Source: Solirubrobacterales bacterium
GTDB taxonomy: Bacteria; Actinomycetota; Thermoleophilia; Solirubrobacterales; 70-9
DNA length: 64,000 nt
Direction of reading: 5' to 3'
NCBI GenBank assembly: GCA_036520315.1
Contig: DATDJZ010000030.1
Span: 5,602-69,601 of the forward strand
Shown: positions 57,462 through 64,000 of the stretch, one piece after another
How positions within the stretch are numbered: position 1 is the first letter of the stretch
How the letters are laid out: each line of letters begins with the position of its first letter
The notes under the pieces: model-generated
Databases searched by the model: none
The model's input: only the letters and a program-made list of their open reading frames with translations
What the model was told of the DNA's origin: nothing
Translations under genes and position numbers: made by a program

Positions 57462-57490
57462 CGAGGGCCGGGCGCGTGGCCCGGCCCTCG
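57462..57490 (-). terminator. strong GC hairpin downstream of glnK (12-bp stem, 5-nt loop), no U-tract
   Basis: CGAGGGCCGGGC GCGTG GCCCGGCCCTCG, 19 nt after the glnK stop on the minus strand. Confidence 0.5.
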
Positions 57491-57508
57491 CACGCCAAAC
57501 AGCCTGCG

Positions 57509-57877
57509 TCAGGCGGGAATTTCCTCTTCCTGGTGCGCCTGCAGCACGGTCTCTCCCTCCTCGCCGGTGCGGATGCGGATCGCCTCCTCCACCGGCAGGA
57601 CGAAGATCTTGCCGTCCCCGACGTCGCCCGTCCGGGCGTGCTTCAGGATCGTCTCGACCACCAGGCCCTTGTCCTTGTCCTCGACCACGACCTCCACCTT
57701 GAGCTTCGGTCGCACGTTGACGGTCAGACTCGAGCCGCGATAGGTCTCGACCACCCCCTTCTGACGCCCGGATCCCTTCACCTCGCCGATCGACAGGGAG
57801 GGGAATCCCCTCTCGAGCAGCTCGGTCCGGATCGGCTCGAACGCCTCGTGTCGGATGAATGCCTCGATCTTCTTCAT
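57509..57877 (-). CDS. glnK: nitrogen regulatory protein P-II (GlnK)
   Basis: MKKIEAFIRHEAFEPIR..., T-loop-like GSGRQKGVVETYRG, GDGKIFV. Immediately downstream of amtB. ATG 57883 is an alternative start. Confidence 0.92.
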   Translation of the reverse strand: MKKIEAFIRHEAFEPIRTELLERGFPSLSIGEVKGSGRQKGVVETYRGSSLTVNVRPKLKVEVVVEDKDKGLVVETILKHARTGDVGDGKIFVLPVEEAIRIRTGEEGETVLQAHQEEEIPA

Positions 57878-57887
57878 GTTCACCTCC

Positions 57888-59351
57888 TCACTTGGCGTTG
57901 GCGTCCGCGGTCATCGCCGTGGTCCCGAGGGCGGGCTGGCCAACGGGCAGAGGCCCGCTCGCCGCACCCGGGTACTCGGGCTGCGGGATGAACTGCTCCG
58001 GATATCCGTACATGCCGTGCTCGGAGATGTCGAGCCCGGCGTCCTCTTCCTCCGGCGTCACGCGGAGACCGATGGTGTGCTTGATCGCGAAGAACACCCC
58101 ATAGGAGAGCACGAACACCGTGGCGAATGTGACCGCGATCCCGAGCGCCTGGACTCCCAGCTGGTGGAAGCTGCCGCTATACCAGAGTCCCGGATCGCCG
58201 ACCCCGTTGAGCTCCGCGAGCCGCGGTGAGGTGAAGATCCCGCAGGTGAGCGTGCCCACAACCCCGGCGAGGCCGTGCGCGGAGAGTGCGCCGACCGGGT
58301 CATCGAGGTACTTGTCGAGCGTCAGAACACCCACTACGACGACGACGCCGGCGATCGCACCGATGATCGGAGCGGCCCAGAACTCGACGTAGCCGGACGG
58401 GGCGGTGATCGCCACGAGGCCCGCGATTGCGCCGTTCCCCGCCATGCCGATGTCGATGGTCTTCCGCATCAGGTACATGGTGCTCACCGCCGTGATCACG
58501 CCGGCCGCGGCCGCCAGGTTGGTCACCAGCGCGACCTCGGCGAACCGGTTGCCCAGGGCACCAAGGGTCGAGCCCGGGTTGAAGCCGAACCAGCCGAGCC
58601 AGAGGATCAGGACGCCGAGACCCACCAGCGGCATCGAGTGTCCGGGAATCGCACGCGGGTTGCCGTCGGCCCCGTACTTGCCGCGACGTGCGCCAAGCAA
58701 CAGCAGGGCCGCGAACGCGCCGGTCGCACCCAGCAGGTGGACCACGGTCGATCCGGCGAAGTCCTGCATCCCGAGGTTCGCCTGCAACCACCCGCCACCA
58801 AAGATCCAGTGACTGATGATCGGGTAGATCAGGGCGCTGAAGATGATCGCGTAGATCACATACGCGGCGAACTTGATTCGCTCGAGCGTTGTGCCCCAGA
58901 CGATCGCCAGCGAGACGGCGCAGAAGACGAACTGGAAGAACAGGAGCGCCGCCGGGCTGATGTTCGCGACGTCCAACAGCGGAATCTGTGATGCAGCCTG
59001 CGCGGGGTCTCCGCTCACGTTGAGGAAGAACCCGTGGGTCCCGGCGATCGCACCGGCTCCACCGAACGCGAGCGCGAATCCAACCGCCCAGTAGGCGATT
59101 GACGCGATCGAGAAGTTGACCAGGATCTTGGCGACTCCGGCCCCCGCGTTCTTCATCCGCGAGAACCCGATCTCGAGCAGGGCGAACCCCGCCTGCATGA
59201 ACATCACCAGGACGCCGGCGACCACGACCCACATCGTGTTCAGCGATGAGATCGTGTCGTCGAGCGTCGGGTCCTGCGCGAACGCCGCTGTGGGCAGCGC
59301 GAGCACCAACACCCCTGCAAGGGCGAGGGCCCAAAGGAACTTTCGACTCAT
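57888..59351 (-). CDS. amtB: ammonium transporter
   Basis: 487 aa with a signal-like N-terminus. VFMQAGFALLEIG, DFAGSTVVHL and LGWFGFNPGS are Amt signatures. Confidence 0.93.
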   Translation of the reverse strand: MSRKFLWALALAGVLVLALPTAAFAQDPTLDDTISSLNTMWVVVAGVLVMFMQAGFALLEIGFSRMKNAGAGVAKILVNFSIASIAYWAVGFALAFGGAGAIAGTHGFFLNVSGDPAQAASQIPLLDVANISPAALLFFQFVFCAVSLAIVWGTTLERIKFAAYVIYAIIFSALIYPIISHWIFGGGWLQANLGMQDFAGSTVVHLLGATGAFAALLLLGARRGKYGADGNPRAIPGHSMPLVGLGVLILWLGWFGFNPGSTLGALGNRFAEVALVTNLAAAAGVITAVSTMYLMRKTIDIGMAGNGAIAGLVAITAPSGYVEFWAAPIIGAIAGVVVVVGVLTLDKYLDDPVGALSAHGLAGVVGTLTCGIFTSPRLAELNGVGDPGLWYSGSFHQLGVQALGIAVTFATVFVLSYGVFFAIKHTIGLRVTPEEEDAGLDISEHGMYGYPEQFIPQPEYPGAASGPLPVGQPALGTTAMTADANAK

Positions 59352-59455
59352 TTCCCTTCCTTTCCATGCCCGCCGAGGCCAGCCGCGGCGGTCGCGGTTT
59401 TCCGTCGCGTAGCAAGGTATGAGCGCCCTCTCGGCCGATCTTTAGACGGCTGTCG

Positions 59456-59476
59456 GAAAACGGGCCGGGCGTTTTC
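59456..59476. promoter_or_regulatory. inverted repeat GAAAACG-N7-CGTTTTC in the amtB / ycaQ-like divergent spacer
   Basis: Read directly. It lies 105-125 nt upstream of the amtB ATG. Candidate operator or hairpin. Confidence 0.3.
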
Positions 59477-59547
59477 ACCGCACGGTCGAAATGCCTGCAA
59501 ATCGTGCATTCCCTGGGGCGAGTATTTCGCCTCAATAGCCTGCAGGC

Positions 59548-60600
59548 GTGAGCCGCGAACGAACGCTCAGCGAGGGCGACCTCAATCGCGCGCTGCTTGC
59601 CCGGCAGCTGCTGCTCGAGCGGACCGGCCTGTCGGTCCCCAAGGTGCTCGATCGCATGGGCACCCTGCAGGCTCAGTACGCCCCCTCGATGTACATCGGC
59701 CTGTGGACGCGGATGAAGGACTTCAGGCGCGATCAGCTCGACGAGGCACTGGAGCGCCCCTCGGTCGCGCAGGGGACTCTGATGCGGGCAACGATCCACC
59801 TCGTCTCGAGCTCGGACTACTGGCCCGCGGCAATCGGAATCCGGCGCTCGCGCCGGGACGCCTGGGTCGACGCGCGAGCGCGACTCGGCTACAGCGCGAA
59901 GCAGCTCTCCTCGGCCGCCCGCAAGCTCCGCGGCCGGCTCGGCGACGGCATCATGAGCCGCAAGGAGATCCACGACCTGCTCGGCTCCGACAGCGTGGTG
60001 ACCAACGGAGTGAACATGTGGATTGACCTGGTCAGGGTGCCGCCGTCCGGGACCTGGGAGCGGCGCCGCGCCGACCTGTATGCCGCGGCGGAGCAATGGC
60101 TCGGCCCGCCACCAACGAAGCTCGACGAGGCGGAGGGGATCGAGCTGCTCATCCGGCGCTACCTGACCGGGTATGGCCCGGCGGCCGCCGACGAGATCGC
60201 CAACTGGGCGGGTCTGCACCCGAAGCGGCTCGCTCCCACCCTGGAGCGGATCAAGCTGCGGAGGTTCGCCGCGGAGGACGGCACAGTGCTCCTCGACCTG
60301 CCTCGAGCGCCCCTGCCGGACCCGGAGACGCCGGCTCCGGTGCGTTTCCTGCCCACCTGGGACGCGACGCTGCTGGTCCACGCTCGCCGCACTGGTGTGC
60401 TCCCCGAACAGCACCGGCCGAAGGTCTTCAGCACGCGGACTCCGCAGTCCGTCCCGACCTTCCTGGTCCAGGGGCGGGTGGCCGGCACCTGGCGGTTCGA
60501 GAAGGGCAAGATCAAGACGGAGCCGTTCAGCAAGCTCGACGCAGCGGCCCGCCGGGAACTCAAGGAGGAGGCAGAGCGCCTTGCCGAGCTCCACCGCTAG
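59548..60600 (+). CDS. winged-helix DNA-binding domain protein, YcaQ/AlkZ (HTH_42) family DNA glycosylase-like
   Basis: LNRALLARQLLLERT, LQAQYAPSMYIGLW, ATIHLVS and RYLTGYGPAAADEIANWAG are typical of the DUF1006/YcaQ family. Confidence 0.75.
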   Translation: MSRERTLSEGDLNRALLARQLLLERTGLSVPKVLDRMGTLQAQYAPSMYIGLWTRMKDFRRDQLDEALERPSVAQGTLMRATIHLVSSSDYWPAAIGIRRSRRDAWVDARARLGYSAKQLSSAARKLRGRLGDGIMSRKEIHDLLGSDSVVTNGVNMWIDLVRVPPSGTWERRRADLYAAAEQWLGPPPTKLDEAEGIELLIRRYLTGYGPAAADEIANWAGLHPKRLAPTLERIKLRRFAAEDGTVLLDLPRAPLPDPETPAPVRFLPTWDATLLVHARRTGVLPEQHRPKVFSTRTPQSVPTFLVQGRVAGTWRFEKGKIKTEPFSKLDAAARRELKEEAERLAELHR

Positions 60601-61576
60601 CCGTGCGGGGTTGGCCGGGGCCGGCCTGGCTCTCCTCCTCGCACTCGCGTTGACCGGCTGCGGCGACGATTCGCCTCCCCGGCCCCCGGGGCCGCTGGCG
60701 GACGCACTGAGCGAGATCGGCGGCGGTGGAGAGCACGGTTCACTCGGCGTCGGCTGGTCCGAGCCGGAGCGGGCGCGTCAAGCCGGAGTCCCAACGAGGG
60801 TGATCGCCCGTGCGCTGGCACCGAACGCCGAGAGCGTGGTGGAGCGCCGGGCGGCCCTTCGTCGCCGCTTTGGCGTCGACCCCCTCTCCGCCCAACGGCT
60901 GGTTTCCGTGGGCGGCTCCTATGCCTTCGGGCTGCGGCTGGACGGGGTCGACGGCACCGGTCTTCGTGAAGCGCTCGTTCGCGCCGGAGGACACGCGAAG
61001 AATGGCGACGGGGTCGAGCTCATCGATGTCGGTCCCTACGCGCAGGTGCCCGAGCCACTGCTCGACGCGGGGGTCTTCGGTTTGGGGGCTCGGGACGCGT
61101 TTGGGCCCTCGTCGACGGTGCTTGCGATCTCGGCGACCTCGCGTGCCGCGCTGCTCGGGCGCGGGGACCGCCTGATCGAGCAGCCGGTCTACCGCGCCGC
61201 AGCCGACTGCCTCGGCGACGTGGTCGCGGCCCGGATGATCCCGGACAAGCTGCTGATCTCGACCGAGGTCGGAGTCGAGCTCGTCGGCATGGGGATCGCG
61301 CAGGGGCGGGAGGTCCTCTGTGTTCTCGGCGGGACAGAGGATCGGGAGCGGGAAGTCGCGGCCAACCTCAGGGTGTCGTTGGCCCCGAGCGCCAGGGACC
61401 CTCGCACCGGTGCAGCGATCGCGGCCGAGGTCCGTGCGCCGGACGTCGAGACGAGTTCCTACGAGGGTGTCGAGGTCGTCCGCGCCACGGTCACCCCGGT
61501 GGGGGGCACGCCGCGAGGCTTCTTCTTCAGCACGATCGGGAGGGGCAGCCTCGTCCAGATGCTCAGCGGTCAATAG
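60581..61576 (+). CDS. hypothetical lipoprotein (start uncertain; TTG 60611 is an alternative)
   Basis: Frame of track ORF 60173..61576. Signal peptide plus lipobox: SRAGLAGAGLALLLALALTGC. No recognisable family. Confidence 0.55.
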   Translation: MPSSTASRAGLAGAGLALLLALALTGCGDDSPPRPPGPLADALSEIGGGGEHGSLGVGWSEPERARQAGVPTRVIARALAPNAESVVERRAALRRRFGVDPLSAQRLVSVGGSYAFGLRLDGVDGTGLREALVRAGGHAKNGDGVELIDVGPYAQVPEPLLDAGVFGLGARDAFGPSSTVLAISATSRAALLGRGDRLIEQPVYRAAADCLGDVVAARMIPDKLLISTEVGVELVGMGIAQGREVLCVLGGTEDREREVAANLRVSLAPSARDPRTGAAIAAEVRAPDVETSSYEGVEVVRATVTPVGGTPRGFFFSTIGRGSLVQMLSGQ

Positions 61577-61589
61577 GCTCCCGGTCCTG

Positions 61590-63641
61590 ATGCGCCGGTG
61601 GGTGACCGGATGTCTGGCTCTCGGTACGGCTCTTGCGGCCCTGGTGCCGTCCACGGCCGGGGCGGCTGCGCAGAAGAAGACCGAGCCGGTGCACCTGTCC
61701 AATGCCTGCTTCGCGCTCGGGTCCGTCCTGACCGGCCGTTTCATCGGCGCGAGCGGCGAGACCTATCGGGCGGACCAGCCGGGCAGGGCTACCGCCGCCC
61801 CGTTCTTCTGGAAGCCCTCCAGCCTGAGGAGCTACCTGCCCATGGACCCCGACGGTCGGTTGCTCGCCCTCGGTTCGGGCAGTGCGATCGGGCGAACCCA
61901 ATCGCCCGGGCCGGCGACGGACTGGCGCGTCTCCCAGTCCGGCAGCGCGCTCTCACTCCGACCGGTGGGGCAGCGGCGTTCGCTCGCCGCCCGGGGCTCC
62001 GGTGACCTCGGCCTTTCCGCCGGTCAGGGGAGGGCCACCCTGTTCGTCCCCGTTCGCGACCGAGCCTGCGCCCAGTTCCCTGAGGCGAACGTGAGCGCGA
62101 CCGGGAGGCCCTTCCGCGGGACGGATCGCAAGGGCAACGTCGTCGGCTTCGCCGACATGCACCTCCACGTCACCGCAAACCAGCGCGCCGGCGGCGCGAT
62201 CCTCTACGGGCAGCCCTTCAGCCGCTACGGCATCTCGGAGGCGCTGGGGCACGACGCCGACGAGCACGGCGCGGACGGCAGCGCGGACGTCACGGGCAAC
62301 CTGCTCCGCACCGGCCTGCCCTTCGGCACCCACGACACGCACGGGTGGCCGACCTTCGCCGGCTGGCCCGTCAACGACACGATCACCCACCAGCAGATCT
62401 ACTACGTCTGGCTGAAGCGGAACTGGATGGCCGGTGAGCGCCTGGTCGTCGCTCAGACCGTCGAGGACCAGCCGATCTGCGAGATCGAGCCGGTCAAGGT
62501 CCACTCCTGCGACGAGACCGAGGCGGTGCGCGAGCAGGTCCGGACGCTGCGGGACCTGCAGGCGTACGTCGACGCCCAGGCCGGCGGCAGGGGCAAGGGC
62601 TGGTTCCGCCTCGTCTACAACCCGCGCCAGGCCAGGCAGGCGATCGAGCGGGGGAAGCTGGCCGTGCTGATCGGGAGCGAGTCGTCCAATCTCTTCGGCT
62701 GCAGTGAGCGGCTCGACGTCCCGCAATGCTCGAAGCGCGACATCGATCGGGGTATCCGCAGGGCCCGCCGGCTGGGGGTCCGCAGCGTCTTTCCGATGCA
62801 CTGGACAGACAACGCCTTCGGCGGGGCGGCGCTGGAAGGAGATGCCAGGGGGACCTTCATCAACATCCTGGAGGCCTTCCAGACGGGGCACTACTTCCGC
62901 ACTGGCCCGTGCCCCGAGCCCGGCCAGGGTGAGACCGTCGACACCCTGAGCCCGCTGGAGCTCGGCGTCCTGGCCAGCTTCTTCCCGGCCGCGAAGCCGC
63001 TCGCCGATGCCGGCATGCCCACCTATGCGCCAGGCGTACAGTGCAATTCGAAGGGCCTGACTCCGCTGGGCGCCTACCTGATCAAGCGCCTGATGGCGAA
63101 CCACATGCTGATCGAGATGGATCACATGAGCGAATGGGCTCGCGAGACGGTCCTGAGGATGGCGAAGCACCGCGGCTATCCGCTGGTCTCCAGCCACACG
63201 GGCACCGGAGGATTTTGGACACCGGACCAGCTGAGGCAGCTCTACGGGTTCGGCGGCATGGCGGCCGCGAGGGCGGACACGGCCCCCGCGCTTGCTGCCA
63301 GAGTCGAGGAGCTGAAGGGCGACCGGAGCACGCGCCACTTCTTCGGGGTGGGCCTGGGCACGGACACCGGCGGCTTCTCCTCGCTTCCCGGACCGAAGCC
63401 GGACGCGGCGGAGGCTCCGGTCACCTATCCATTCCGCGCTCTGTACTGCGACGTGCGCCTACGGCGTCAACAGAGCGGCACGCGCTCGTTCGACCTGAAC
63501 ACCGACGGCGTCGCGCACTACGGGCTGATTGCGGACCTGATGGCGGACATGCAGCAGCACGGCGGCGGCGGCGCGGTCCGCTCGCTCTTCCGCTCGGCCG
63601 AGGCGTATCTGCGGATGTGGGAGCTCGCCTACGCTCGCTAG
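61590..63641 (+). CDS. large secreted protein, possible metal-dependent hydrolase (family not recognised)
   Basis: ATG at residue 91 of track ORF 61320..63641. Signal peptide MRRWVTGCLALGTALAALVPSTAGAAA. FADMHLHVTANQ (HxH), MHWTDNAFGG, IEMDHMS, VSSHTG. Confidence 0.55.
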   Translation: MRRWVTGCLALGTALAALVPSTAGAAAQKKTEPVHLSNACFALGSVLTGRFIGASGETYRADQPGRATAAPFFWKPSSLRSYLPMDPDGRLLALGSGSAIGRTQSPGPATDWRVSQSGSALSLRPVGQRRSLAARGSGDLGLSAGQGRATLFVPVRDRACAQFPEANVSATGRPFRGTDRKGNVVGFADMHLHVTANQRAGGAILYGQPFSRYGISEALGHDADEHGADGSADVTGNLLRTGLPFGTHDTHGWPTFAGWPVNDTITHQQIYYVWLKRNWMAGERLVVAQTVEDQPICEIEPVKVHSCDETEAVREQVRTLRDLQAYVDAQAGGRGKGWFRLVYNPRQARQAIERGKLAVLIGSESSNLFGCSERLDVPQCSKRDIDRGIRRARRLGVRSVFPMHWTDNAFGGAALEGDARGTFINILEAFQTGHYFRTGPCPEPGQGETVDTLSPLELGVLASFFPAAKPLADAGMPTYAPGVQCNSKGLTPLGAYLIKRLMANHMLIEMDHMSEWARETVLRMAKHRGYPLVSSHTGTGGFWTPDQLRQLYGFGGMAAARADTAPALAARVEELKGDRSTRHFFGVGLGTDTGGFSSLPGPKPDAAEAPVTYPFRALYCDVRLRRQQSGTRSFDLNTDGVAHYGLIADLMADMQQHGGGGAVRSLFRSAEAYLRMWELAYAR

Positions 63642-64000
63642 GGGCTCGCGGCCGCTCCGAGCGGAAGCCTCGCCAGCCAGCCGGCGACCGCCTCGCCAAC
63701 AGCCCCTGTATCGGCCTTGAGGCCATGGTCACCCGCCACTTTCACAACCTGCCGATCGGGGCCCTCGGGTGGCATTCCAAACCGATCGCTCTCGCCCTGG
63801 ACGACCAGCACCGGGACGGTGACCGCATTCAGCTCCGGCAGGCGGCTCTGAGGTGGCTTATCGCCCCTCCGGGGGGGGAGAAGCGGGAAGGCGAGGCAGA
63901 GGACAGCCGAACCGCCGGTCATCTCGACGGTGCGGCAGGCGACCCGGGCGCCCAGTGAGCGCCCGCCGACAATCAGCGACAGGCCCTCGAGCTGATTCGA
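63638..64000 (-). CDS. alpha/beta-fold hydrolase, C-terminal part only (gene start lies beyond the right edge)
   Basis: The frame is open to position 64000. Hand translation gives SNQLEGLSLIVGGRSLGARVACRTVEM..., containing the G-x-S-x-G elbow, then VPVLVVQGESDRFG. The track lists only the ATG-initiated 63638..63922 part. Confidence 0.6.
   Translation of the reverse strand, partial: SNQLEGLSLIVGGRSLGARVACRTVEMTGGSAVLCLAFPLLPPRRGDKPPQSRLPELNAVTVPVLVVQGESDRFGMPPEGPDRQVVKVAGDHGLKADTGAVGEAVAGWLARLPLGAAASP

Overview
This is a GC-rich window (about 70% by eye, not computed) with dense coding and no rRNA, CRISPR, transposase or integrase. It holds the chromosomal replication-origin neighbourhood in the actinobacterial layout. 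On the minus strand: parB-parA-rsmG-jag-yidC-yidD-rnpA-rpmH. On the plus strand: dnaA-dnaN-recF-dciA(DUF721)-gyrB-gyrA. One tRNA-Ile(GAU) sits just downstream of parB. Further right is the conserved actinobacterial cell-wall and Ser/Thr-signalling operon fhaA-fhaB-pstP-rodA-pbpA-pknB. Here it is extended by a translationally coupled ddl and flanked by two additional Hanks-type kinases. Next comes a dedA-uppP-purM string, followed by a roughly 13 kb Wzx/Wzy-type glycan cluster: PglF/CapD-like dehydratase, Wzy_C protein, flippase, two GT4, two GT2, a PglC-like initiating transferase, a GNAT and a FemAB-like protein. After that are an amidase, a DUF3105 protein, metF, amtB-glnK, a YcaQ-like glycosylase and secreted or lipoproteins. 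The left end has a GT-C-like/GtrA/phosphodiesterase trio, an aminotransferase-ddl pair, a BFN nuclease, and SRPBCC and GNAT genes. I could not identify a defence, toxin or mobile system.

The most unusual things I can support from the sequence are:
- Two conserved genes (dnaA, fhaA) whose conserved N-termini have no canonical start codon but do have a well-placed Shine-Dalgarno sequence (GTT and ATC candidates).
- A very compact dnaA-dnaN spacer with three abutting DnaA boxes.
- A G-quadruplex-capable octamer array between rpmH and dnaA.
- Lys-rich basic tails on both gyrase subunits.
- A kinase fused to a polytopic membrane domain.
- Features of the glycan cluster: a possible PglL-like Wzy_C protein, a FemAB-like/GNAT pair, and a 17-bp divergent spacer that is essentially one palindrome.

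Many long ORFs in the track are antisense or out-of-frame GC artefacts and were rejected. Internal start coordinates were derived by residue counting from the ORF track.
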